A DNA stretch of 63,525 nt, counting the filler, from Octopus bimaculoides (lineage: Eukaryota): assembly GCF_001194135.2 (NCBI RefSeq). It is 6 parts of 6 records of this genome, joined end to end, with 100 filler letters (N's around TTAATTAATTAA, not from the genome) between each part and the next. Parts side by side here need not be neighbours in the genome. Positions count along the whole stretch, not along the records: positions 22,951 to 44,044 come from NC_068981.1; 5 more parts are not named here. The stretch is one strand, 5' to 3'. The notes beneath the pieces were generated by a model. That model was not told the origin of the DNA and made no database searches. It saw only the letters and a list, made by a program, of their open reading frames with translations. The translations under genes and the position numbers were made by a program. Shown here piece after piece: positions 23,246 through 36,439 of this stretch (position 1 is the stretch's first letter; every line of letters begins with the position of its first letter).

Positions 23246-23460
23246 AGCCTTTATATATTTAATCCTGGTATATAATTGATATGGGTATATAGTGATGCAA
23301 CGACTGTTTGTGTATAAAGCTTGAAACACGTGTACCGCGTAATCCTTTGTGTTCTGTTTTAAGTTTACGTTTTTAATTTATTCTTTCACGCCGGCCACTA
23401 TCGGGCATATACAGGTGCTTGCAATTATCAAGTATTACCTCTAAAATTTACTTTACCTAC

Positions 23461-23533
<73 letters not shown>

Positions 23534-24799
23534 ATGAGGGTTTAGTTCACAGGTGATCCAAACTAATAGGTATGCTAGTTAAGTGCTGTAACAGATTTCT
23601 AGGACTCCAAAGTTATAGCCGAGACGGTAGTTATGGAGCCACTGCAGACTTCCGATGCAGCAGAAATATAGTTGTTAAAGAGGACAACAAACATTAAGGC
23701 GAGGCAAACATCTCAAGTCGTATACAATATTATTATTGGAAAAAGATTCAAAATCTTACGGCTGTTTCTGGGATATCCCCAGGTACTGGATATTCCGTCA
23801 TCAGAGATAAATAGGGAAAAATAGAGAATGGTATATATTAATGAGATGACGACATAGAGGAAGAGAATATAAGAATAAGGAGATGGAGAGAAAGAAGAAA
23901 AGAGAAGCATAAGAGTTTAACTTTCCGATGTAGAAACAAGAGCATATGTCCTTTGGTGCAATCCTGTGTAGATCCATATGGATTAAAATCCTGATATAGA
24001 AAACATCCTGAGAAAAATAGACGCGAACATATCAAGGTTCAATAACAGAATGGTAGCGGAGGTACCAATAAAGTGGTAAAAGGAAAGAAAAGAAAAGAAA
24101 TAGAAAGAGAGGTAGATAGAGTGAGGGAGGTTAAGGATTGGTTTTAGGATAAAGTAAGTTGTATAGGTGTATGGTGTCTAAGAATTGTGTACGGGTTAAT
24201 CTCTTCCTCTACTTCCTCATTCTCTCTCTTATCTTCTGCGTTTCTCTTATATATTCTTTACTGAGAATTATTAATCTTGTCTTTGCACATTCCTTTGTCA
24301 GATTAAAATGTGTATCTTTTCAATAAAGGTTTTTATAATATGATTTTATTGCAGAACTGGAAGTTCTTTAGCTTTACTCTTTTCCAAACGCAGCCTCATC
24401 ATTTAATTGGAAGCTGTTTTTCCCTTTTTTTTTAAATGTTGTTTTTTTGGGGATTACGCACTTTTAATTAAACAAAGTTTGCATGCAACTAAAACCATTT
24501 TCTTCGTCAATATCACAATGCTTTTATTGATCAATAGCTACCATAATAAGTTCTATTTATGGCCGTTTACCTTATACATCCTCAATTGCTTTGCTTTTTT
24601 ATTGATTTTCTTATTTCAGTAACGCACATTCTCTTGCTGCTTATATAACTATTCATATACTATTATGGTCATCCAGTATTTTCTAAATTACTGTATCTCA
24701 ACTTGTAATCTTGCTTACTCCATTTATCTGATATTGCATCACTTTCTGTTATACACACAGACATACACGTATACATCTAAATACCTTGGGAAATATCTT

Positions 24800-26120
24800 T
24801 CAATGTAGCCACGGGCTGACGAATTACCTTGTAAGTAAATGTGGTATATGTAAACAGTGCAAATGGTCGTCATAGAAGTTATCTTTTGTTTACCGTCTCC
24901 TGCAGTTTCAGCTTCCGCTGGTGCACACACCAGAATCACGATAACTTTTCCGTGTCTAGTTTGAAATATTGCTATGATAATCCAAACACATATTGGCTTC
25001 CAGCCCAATATTGTTGCAGCCGCCTCCTTGATCAAATTATCAGATCCTCCATGCCAGAATACAGGATAGTAAATCCATCTTACATAATATGACCTTGACC
25101 TGTACAACGCATCTCATAAATACCACGAATGTTTAACGAGATAAACTCTGCAATATTGTGAGAGTCTAAGGGTTCCCGAGAAGATGAATCCACGTTTTTA
25201 AGTCACTGTGTATGAACTCACAGTGTTTCTTAAATACGAGTAGCGGGGCCACCGATATATTCAAAATTGTTAACGGAGTAAGTCAGGGTTGCATCATGTC
25301 GCCGTTTTTGTTCCTGGCAGTGATTGATTTTGGTTATTTGGAAAGAGATGGATAGAACAAGTTTTGGAATAAGGTGTGGACCGGACAAACTGACAGATTT
25401 GTATTTTGCAGAGATATACTGCAAGCCATGACATATATCTTATACAGTTTGGGGGCCGCTCTGCGGATTAAAGCTGAAAAGACCAACGTCAATTTGGAGA
25501 GCCCGAGCACAATTCTGTGAATCTTGAACAGAACGAAATCAAGTACGTCGATATTTTTACATATCTCAGAAGCTGTATTTCCAAAGCGTGTGATGCGGAA
25601 GTTGGACGTCAAGACCAGGATTGGTTGGACGAGTATTCCAACGACTGAGTCTAATATAGAAATCGAAGACTATCAGTAAGAAGATAAATCTGCAACTAAA
25701 CTCATCTATTGTTATATCAAGAGCCACCTATACTTTTGAAACCTGGAAGAAGATAATGAAGATCTCTCAATTGGATGGGAACTATCGACAAAACGTTCAA
25801 TTTTGTGTATCTCTTACCAAGTGAGTGTGAGAAACAAAGAGGTGATGAGAATAGCTGGCATTGGAAAATTGCAGAATGTGGTGATACGCTTTCCTGGTCA
25901 TGTGCGTCGAACATCGCAGGAGTGCCATTCAATCATTGTGATGAAGTAGATGTCGGAAGGAAGAAACAAACCGAATGAGAGACCAAGGAAGAAGTAGTGC
26001 GGTACATTCCGAGACTGCATGTTAGCGATGGGAATCAGCCCCAGTGGAATTAACTGTAAAGCGAACCATTGTGATTTTTGGGATGCCTCGTCACCTGTTG
26101 TGCTAACAGCATTGGAGAAT
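24800..26120 (+). mobile_element. Degenerate RTE-clade LINE, RT and C-terminal region
   Basis: Frameshifted motifs: FKIVNGVSQGCIMSPFLF, DKLTDLYFAE (YADD-equivalent), RIKAEKT, KTISKKINLQLNSSIVISRATYTFETW, RFPGHVRR...RPRKK. Confidence 0.8.
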
Positions 26121-26153
26121 CTAAGATCTAGTATATATAAATATGTGTGCGTT

Positions 26154-26198
<45 letters not shown>

Positions 26199-26639
26199 GT
26201 GTGTGCATGTGTGCGTATTTGTGAATGAATGTAAGCACACACACACACATACACATATATATGCATTATGCTTCCAACTAGCCATTGCAGAATCAATAAC
26301 CATTTATTAGAACTCTGTATATTAATTTTGAAATAAGTACTGTCGCTTTTTTGACATGACTCAGGGGTTACTTTTTCGATATTTACGGTAAAATACGCAT
26401 TAAGTTTTATGTTATAGTAGATTTTGTTCTTTCTTTGTAGTTGCCTTGTACCAAAAAGTTTATATTCATATCGAATATGTCTTTTTAAAATAAATTTTGG
26501 TCAGATTCATTTCAAATGCTGGATGAATTCAAGTGTGGATTTTCAGAAATAAAAGTGGCAAAAGAATTTTGAACTCAAGCCTTAAGTGTATGCGCAGACC
26601 AACGATAGATTGACCAGTTTCGTTCAGGAAATTTTTCTC

Positions 26640-27480
26640 TCGAAGATTCACTTTGATTTGGACGACTAAGTTCTGTATTTATTTAGTTTCTGAAAACCTT
26701 AAATCCATAGTAGAGGAACATCCTAAGCGAACTGGGCGAAAATTATCAAAACAGCTCGATTCAAGTTACATTTCGATCAAAAAACACTTTCACGTATTCG
26801 GAAATGTGTCCAAACATCGTCAGGGTGTCCTACACCATCTTTGTGCTTCTCGACTTAATCAAAGCGTTGTCTTATTCGAGTCATTCAAGGGACTTTTCCA
26901 GAAACCTATACTTGGTAGAATCATCACAAATGATGAAAAGCGCTTTCTTTATAAACATAACTAATGAAAATGGCAATGTTTATTGTTTATCACCCAATGA
27001 CAAGGGAGAATACATCCTTAAAGCAAGGCTACCCCCGAAAAAGTTATGCTCCGTCCTTGGTGGGATATAAAGGGTGTTGTCTATCGCAAAATGTTAAACC
27101 AAAACGGAGTGATAAACGCGAAGTATTGTCATTAATTAGAAGCACTGTATAAAAATTCACCGAAAAAATGTACATCATTATTCAGTCGTAGAGGGGTGTT
27201 GTTACACAATACTGCAAAACAACAAATTGCTCAAGTCACCCAGGAAAAGATTATAGCATTAAATATGAAAGTTTTGCCTTTTCCTCATTTTACTCCTGAT
27301 TTTGCCCCACCTGACTATCAGCTATTCAGATCATTGCAATATTATGTTGAAGGGGAAAACAGTTCATCAATTGTGAAGAGGTTAAAATGATATTGTGTGT
27401 TTCTTTGCCTTGAAATCTAAAGTAGTTTACAGCATTTGGATCAATTTGCAAAATTGCTGGAATTACTTTATCGATAATTA
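26640..27480 (+). mobile_element. Mariner transposase pseudogene (Mos1-like DD34D)
   Basis: RIITNDEKRFLY, WWDIKGVVY, LLHNTAKQQ and FTPDFAPPDYQLFRSLQ correspond to TGDEKW, WWDxxG, HDNARPH and YSPDLAPSD; stops and frameshifts present. Confidence 0.85.
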
Positions 27481-28713
27481 AATATATCAATTAAGAAATT
27501 TATCTTTATTAAATATATATTTATTAGATATATCAATTAAGAACATTGAAGCATTTGTTTCTTTTCCACTTTGAAGTACGATATTAATACTTATACTTCA
27601 GCGTATCAATAAGTTCCAGCAGCAAAGACGTGTGAATTGTCCGACAGTCTCCACTCCAAACATTTATATAAACCAGTAGATCAGTTCGGCAAGTGATATT
27701 TATTAAAAAATTAATAACAAAAGAACAGCTATTATATAATAACAGGAATTACGCAATCCAGTTCTACTCGAACGTATGTAAATAAAAAATAGCTTATAGC
27801 GGTGACCTTTATTTTTGATGTGATTGCAACTTGGAATGTGTCTGCGTTCTTTATAAGACTTTATGAGTTGAGGGAGCTTGCTTACTATTTCTAGTCATTC
27901 GAGTGGTCATTTAGAGGTTCACAATCTGACTCTTCTATAATGAGTTCGACGAAATTATCAAGGAATTCAAATTGGTATTAGTACATATGCATGGGGTGTA
28001 ATACTGTGTATTTTGTTATACGCATTTTGATACTCTGTATTTAAATTGAGGTCACTTTTACACTTTTACTAGTATTGCATGGATTCCACCAATCACATAC
28101 ATGCTTGTTTATTGCAGTTCTTTCTCTGATCAAGCAGATTTATTTTAAAGTTGTTATGTTACATACACGGAGAAGCAGACAAATTGTAAAGCAGGGTCTA
28201 TACTATAGAATCTGTACCTTCCCTTTTGAAGAATGTAGAGTGTTTTTCTTTTGGGGGCTGGCATTTCGTGACGTTTGAGAGTAGAATGGCCATAGTTGTT
28301 CTTTAACTCCAGCTTATATCTAATCGGACAGATATACGATAAAACCTTAAAACCTAAACATCCTGCAAAATCGTTCGTTACTTCATATATGCACCACTAG
28401 TTGTCGTTTAGACCCCGCTTTGGAACGTCTGAGTAGGCATTTGTTAAGCAGATTACCAGCAGTGACACACTTATTTTATATATCACGGACTATAATGTTC
28501 AATGTTTTTTTTTCTATTTTTTAAAGATTGTATTATATAACATTTGAAATGTAGTGAAGTCCGATGCTAGCTTGGTTGGCCTAGCTGGCCGAAACTTCGA
28601 AATCACTGTTATTACTATTAGTGTCGAAGAAATTTTGTACTCTACAAAATGTAATCCTTCAATTTCATGTAAAATTATTTTTATCATAACTTAATATAAA
28701 AGCGAACATTAAT

Positions 28714-29372
<659 letters not shown>

Positions 29373-29955
29373 TGATCACATCCATTCTCGGGCACTTCTT
29401 TCCAGAGTTTAGTAAACCAAATCTAGTATTTTAGCCTTGTGCTTATATTATGTGTCTCTTGACCTGTTGTCAAATGGTAAGAAACAAACTCAGTCACACA
29501 AACACACACATATATATGCATACACATACAGACATACACATAGATATACCTGTGTGTATGTATGTATGCATATATGTATGTATTTATGTATGTATGTATG
29601 TATGTATGTATGTATGTATGTATGAATGTATGTATGTATGTATGTATATAAATACGTATAAGCATGACTGCTAACATAGAAACACACACACACACACATA
29701 TACACATATATAAAACACTCTGATATACATGTACAAATGTAAATATATGAATACGTCTACATATTCGTACATGTGGTTACGTGATCAAGGTCAAACCTCG
29801 TTTAGGTAACCACGAGAAACGCAGTGCAGCCAGCCTAAAGGGATTTTAACCAGAGTGGGGATAATTTTTGATTTCTCTTTGTCTGTGCGTGCGTGCGTGT
29901 GTGTGTGTGTATGTGTGTGTGTGTGTGTGTGTGCGCGTGTGTGTATGAGTGTGTT

Positions 29956-29996
<41 letters not shown>

Positions 29997-30188
29997 ATGT
30001 GTGTGTGTGTGTGTGTGCGTGCCTGTGTGTGTGCGTGTATGTGTGTAGTCTAAACTGTAATTTACACATATATTTGCTAGCGTACGTATGCAAAATATAT
30101 ATTTACTAAGTAAATGACATATTGATGGTGGTTTTGTATTGCAGTTGAAATATCTAGCTATAAAGATTTATGGCTACTATTCGGTGGC

Positions 30189-30267
30189 TGACGTCAATAT
30201 ATTTGTATCTGACGTCAGAAGACTGGATCATCGGTGAATAATGTCAAGATAAGCAGACACTACGTCA
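30189..30267. promoter_or_regulatory. Candidate CRE/ATF site cluster
   Basis: TGACGTCA at 30189-30196 and 30210-30217, TACGTCA at 30261-30267, AGATAAG between them. Motif evidence only. Confidence 0.3.
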
Positions 30268-32759
30268 TAAAATCTCCAATACTCTATCATTTTATATATA
30301 CATTCATACGCACATATGAACGAACGCACACACTATGCTGTTTAAAACTCTTTGCAATATCATCTTAAAATTTGTTGAAAATAACATTTAATTAATACAA
30401 AATAGTAAATATATATTTATTTTTACACACATACATATATAATATCATAGACATATTTTATACTGATTATGTGTGTGTTTATGTTTTGTATTTTACATAT
30501 ATACACATATACACACACAGACACATGCACATACATACACACATGTACGCATATAATGACATATGTATACATATATATTTACTGAATTATTTTTATTGCG
30601 ACTCACGTTTCATGCCTCTGCTACCTTCAGGCGAGAACTGTATTTTTTTTTTATTCAGGCTAACTTTCAAAACTGTGAATCTTTATTTTCCCTCTAGCAT
30701 TCTATTTTATTGGCTGGCTTCATTTTTATGTATCTGTATATCGTTTGTCAGATTCTTTCATTTTGAATTTTTTTTTTCCGAAAATGTTTATCTACAAAAT
30801 ATTACTTATTGGCCAATACAAAAGTCGTTCTCTTTCTGCCTGGATTTTGCATTAATGCATCCTGATTTGCTATTCCGTATCATGTATCATAGTTTATATC
30901 TTTATTACTTATTGATTGATTGATTCAGTTGTTGTCGCACATCTGCCTTTTGATTAAGTTAATCAGCTGTCCTCTTTTGCGAAAGATATCCGTCTCACTA
31001 ATTCATCAATATTTAATTTATGGTAATTGTTAATAGATCTTAATTGTTAAATAGTAGCTAATTCTTAATAAACTGCTTATTCATACCTTATGACACTTTA
31101 TGACAAGTTTGTTATTTACAACTGTTTCTAAATGACCGTTTTCACCCTTCGATTAATTACTATTGCTTTTCCGTTCATTTTACTATATATGCTTGCACTG
31201 CACTTTCCATTATTGCTGTGTCATCAGTTGATTAACCTGTTTTCAGAGTAGGCCAGCTTTGCTTTTTTTTTTTTTTTTTTTTTTTTTTCAAATGAACTTG
31301 TTATGATGTCGGCAACATGCTAATACTTCTTTTCATCTGTTGAGGTTCTTCATTTGTTGCATAATTATAGTACCTTTTTCTGCAGGGTATAAGAGCATAA
31401 TGTCGATTTGTGGGTATAGGTTTCAATAAATTGTGTATATTATGCTATTTTATTTTTAAAAATTTACACATCCGTCTCTTTATTTCTGAATTTTTGGTTA
31501 TTTTCTAGTGATTTTTCAAAATAATTTAATAGAATTCATCAGATGAAAATAATAAACAAGACGTAACAAGTAAAAACAATTTCATCACTTTCTTATTAAT
31601 TCCTTGAATTAGAAATCATAGTACTAAGTATATTCATATTTGCAGCAAACGTTTTGTCGGGAAGAAGCTTGAGAGCAGCAACCGCTGCAAGAATACCAAG
31701 AATAACAATATAAACTTGTTTATCATAAATACTGCCCATCAAGCAATAGAATAATAATTGTTTCTAATTTAAGTATCGAGCCAGTAATTTTTAGGTAAGG
31801 AGAATAAACGGTATCATCAAACTATGTATTTGACTAGTACATTAATTTATCGACTGCGAAAAGACCAAAGGCCAATTTAACCACAGTGGGATTTGAACTC
31901 ATTCCCTAAAAAACTGCATCAGATGTCGCAAGGAATTTTCTAGGCATATGACCTCCAGAACCAAGGTAACAATAAAAATAGTACAAAATAAAAGTACAAG
32001 TTGAGCGAAATAAAAGCAAAAGCAAAGATTAGAACATTAAAATTTATCATTATTATATTGTTATAACAGTGGTTACAACAATGGAAACAAGAAATGATAA
32101 CAATCATTGCAATAATATACGCTATTTCAACATACTATTTTTAACCATTCTGTAATGGAGGACATGTCAAAATATCTAAGGCAAAATATTATCATCTAGT
32201 ATTATAGCATGATAGGATGATTATAATAATTCTATGAGTGAAGGAAATTGTTTCTAGTAATCGATTTTTTTGCGTAGAAAGCAGTATTTTTCAGGAATCT
32301 ACAGATTTTCAAAAGGCAATCTCAATATTCATGCAAGCATAGCTACCAGTTGAAATCCTTTTGATTAGATGCCCTGAAGTGACAACTAATGAATTAGCCT
32401 GCAATTTTGTCATAGTACCTTTCATTGTAATTGCAATCAGAGAAAATATTAAAAAACTGTACAACATTCGAATCCCACTGAGAAAATACTTTTCCTTTCA
32501 TATTTTAATAGGATGAGATAATGTTTTTGACAAATGGAATCGATCAAAAGGTACACTTTATTTAGACAATGTCAGCCAATGTAAGGTGTTAATAATTTTG
32601 GCAAAGTTAACCGAATATTAAATTTTAACATTCTAAATTATTTGACTGCCATGGCCATCATATGCTAACGAATAATTTTGATACAGATAAATTTACTCTT
32701 AAGGATGGTCCTGAATTGTCAAAAACAGTTCAAGATTCATAGCAAGCAACTGAAAACTA

Positions 32760-33044
32760 CTCTTTTACTCTTTCACTTGTTTCAGTCATTTGACTACGGC
32801 CATGCTGGAGCACCGCCTTTAATCGAAGAAATCGACCCCAGGACTTATTCTTTGTAAGCCTAGTACTTATTCCATAGGTACCCCTTTTGCCGAACCGCTA
32901 AGTTACGGGGACGTAAACACAGCAGCATCGGTTGTCAAGCGATGTTGGGGGAAAAACACAGACACACAAACATATACACACACATACATGCATATGTATA
33001 TATATATATATATATATNNNNNNNNNNNNNNNNNNNNNNNNNNN

Positions 33045-33105
<61 letters not shown>

Positions 33106-33267
33106 CGATAGGCTTCTTTCAGTTTCCGTCTACCAAATCCACTCACAAGGCTTTGGTCGGCCTGAGGCTACAGTAGAAACTTGCCCAAGGTTCCACGCAG
33201 TGGGACTGAACCCGGAACCATGTGGTTGGTAAGCAAGCTACTTACCACACAGCCACTCCTGCGTCTA
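32760..33267 (-). mobile_element. SINE family A, full length
   Basis: Near-consensus copy with a gap in the internal (TA)/(CA) tract. Confidence 0.87.
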
Positions 33268-34190
33268 TACTGTATGAAACAGGGAAGAACATTCATTTCG
33301 ATGTGAGTGCTGTTTTCCTTTAATTTACAAACAAATGAACAAAATTTGTGACTACAACCCGCATAAGACTGTTTAAAGTAATTTACATAATTCAGTGAAC
33401 TTTGTATGTTACAGATCTGTACAAAATCTAATAGTATTTGGATATCAAATACATTGGATGTGGCACAACGACCCTAAAACTTTTGTGATTAAAAAGGGGA
33501 ATTGAAACATTTTGAACTTTTCCCAACCGTATTAAATAAAAACGAAATACTTGAAAAGGAAAAAAATTATTATGCATGTTGCTGTAAATGTTTTCGCTGA
33601 GTAGAAATAGTTATAATTTGAAGCTGGGCAATTATATCAGGGATTTATTATTTCTTTTTCTCCTCACCACTCAATATTTTTGAAGTATCTGGTTTGCTAT
33701 TGATGTAAATGTTTCCGATTTTACAAGACATGACCCAATAGATTTATGATCTTTTGGTTTCATTAGAAAGTAGAATTGTAAATCATTTTATCATTTAACA
33801 AATATCCCAACGCCTCAAACATAGCCATTAGACTAATAATATTAAATTTCTAGAGATATAACATGGCAATTAAATATAATCATATAGATACAACTAGCGT
33901 TTGCGGTAGAATAAAACTCATAAGCTGAATTCTCAATAAAACTTTACTTAGGCAGCTGTGTATCCGTATAATGCTATATTCGGCAATACTAGTCTATAAA
34001 GATAATATTTCTTGATTCGTAGATATCAATTTTACTATTCATAGCAACGAAAATAAACGGTCTCTGAGAAAAATCTGAATGCTGCGCACTAAATTCAAAA
34101 TATTTTGGCTGTTCATTTCCCGTTAATCAAGTTTTTTATGTACTCAAACTAATGTATTAATATACGCACATACTTCTAATATAGTCCTAT

Positions 34191-34557
34191 GTTGGCACTG
34201 CATCGCTTACGACGTCGAGGGTTCCAGTTGATCCGATCAACGGAAAAGTCTGCTCGTGAAATTAGCGTGCAAGTGGCTGAGCACTCCACAGACACGTGTA
34301 CCCTTAACGTAGTTCTCGGGGATATTCAGCGTGACACATCGTGACAAGGCTGACCCTTTGAATTACAGGCACAACAGAAACAGGAAGTAAGAATGAGAGA
34401 AAGTTGTGGTGGAAGAGTACAGCAGGGTTCGCCAACATCCCCTGCTGGAGCCTCGTGGGGCTTTAGGTGTTTTCGCTCAATAAACACTCACAACGCCCGG
34501 TCTGGGAATCGAAACCGCGAGTCCGCTGCCCTAACCACTGGGCCATTGCGCCTCCAC
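34191..34557 (-). mobile_element. Full-length SINE family B with 13-bp TSD
   Basis: AATATAGTCCTAT at 34178-34190 and 34558-34570; tRNA-like A and B boxes on the minus strand. Confidence 0.9.
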
Positions 34558-35165
34558 AATATAGTCCTATAAACCGGGGTGGATTTTGTAAATAGGAGCA
34601 AGAAACTAAAAATGCATTTAACAAAGTAGGTGAATTTCCAGTGTTTACAACACCAAATTCACAGCTTCATTACAATATGAATTCAGTGCACTTTCATAAT
34701 TAAAACGTCCAATTAATCTCATTTCTCGGCACCTCTTAATATTTTTATGAATATTTCTAAATATCAAGCTATTTACCACAGCGTCAACAAGCGAAGGTTA
34801 TACGGCCAATGATGAAATCTCAGAAACATAAGAAAGCTTCCGTAGCTGTCTCTTGCTTGCTCGGCCAGTAAATAACGTTAGCTAATTCCCAATATTTTTA
34901 CTAATCAACAAATAAAGGTCACTACTGTTATTTCTGACGTTGAAAAACACGGAATATTCAGAGCACTGTTTTTGCTTTTTAATTATGTAGTCAGCACCCT
35001 GTCATAATGTTTATTTCTTCCTTTCTACACCCCAGAAGTAGATTTTCTCGGGCATACTAAACACCGCAGCCTCTCCTCAGGTCTGAACACAGCTGATTTC
35101 TTTGTAGAGAATACCAGAGAGAAAGAAAGAGTAAGAGAGAGATAAAAAGAGAGTGAGAGAGAAAT

Positions 35166-35200
<35 letters not shown>

Positions 35201-36305
35201 TTCAAAGAAAAAGAAAGAGAGAATGAGACCGAAATAATCGACATTATTATTGGACTAGTACTTTATTTGTTGAATACGAGAGGAGGGAAGGATAAGATGT
35301 CCTCTGCATGAGCTGAGCTTTGAAGATCCGTAAGGGTTTCTAATTGACATTCTGGTTCCTAACAACTTATCCTCTATAAAATTGTTTCTAACATCTGTAC
35401 AAAACTTGAAATCTGTGGGAAGTGGTTATTCGATATCACGAACCCCAGTAACAGATTGATACTTTACTTTATCGACAACTAAGGCATGTAAAGGGGAATT
35501 AATATCAGTGGCATTTAAATGCAGATTGAATTGAGTCGGAATAGTTACCGCAGTAAATTTTTATAGGGCCTCTGGTGAATCTGCTAATGCACCACCCTTA
35601 CGCCGCTTCAATGTACTAAATACCTAATTTGCGTGGCTTTCATAATGTACATGATTTCAGTTTACAGAATTGATTGAAAATCTACTTTGTTAAAGGCAAT
35701 TTCTTAGCGAAACAAATTATGAAAAAATCTGTATACAATGTTCATTGAATTTATGAAAATTCCATCTATGCGCAAGATAAAATATATTGTTATGGAGTAT
35801 TAAATCAATAGATATTGCACATCTTGATTAACAAAAAGATGATGAAATATCGACTTATCTGTTTTATTGCATCTTTGTTGAATGCGAGCAAAAATTTAAC
35901 GTAGCTGTTGCTATTGTTTTGAAAGAAGCATAATAAATAAAATAAAACATCATGATTATAGGAGAAAATATTTGATTAATTTGGTACAAAATAATACATA
36001 ATAAAATCATGATGATTTTGTTATCATTTGAAGAAATACCAAACGCAGATAGAATCATCTGCAGTCATAATTTACAAGAGCTCGTTGGAGTATTTGAAAT
36101 ACTCCAAATGGTGAGTAGCAAAACGTCATATTTTTTCTGCGATTAAAGAACTGTTACGTTTATGTATGTGCTTTGCAAGATTCCTGATGTGAAATCGTTT
36201 GTTGAAACAGATACTGTTACATTTCGGGACGGTTATTTTGTTTTGGCAGAAAAACACACGCATTATGTACTCGTTCAGTTTTATTATTAGCTCCGAGAGC
36301 GGTCG

Positions 36306-36439
36306 GGTTCATTTTTAGTATTTTAGTTTATTTCGATTTTATTTCAGATTTTCTCATTTTAAAAATCATCTCTGGCTAATCGTCAAGAGGACGTTGGTGT
36401 GGCCTTGGCAAAGGTTTGCGCTCTCTGAGTGCTCTTGTT
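36306..36439 (+). mobile_element. 3' end of the HINE-like family seen at 6337-7526
   Basis: AAAATCATCTCTGGCTAATCG...GGCAAAGGTTTGCGCTCTCTGAGTGCTCTTGTT is the reverse complement of the 6648-6760 region. Confidence 0.7.

Noticed and set aside
28553-28610. Hammerhead-like CCGATG...CCGAAAC motif
   Set aside because: The core is mutated and the stem topology is incompatible with hammerhead geometry.
29773-29812. GTGGTTAC...GTAACCAC inverted repeat enclosing TCAAGGTCA (NR5A/ERR-like site)
   Set aside because: Short, single motifs that are expected by chance in 63 kb.
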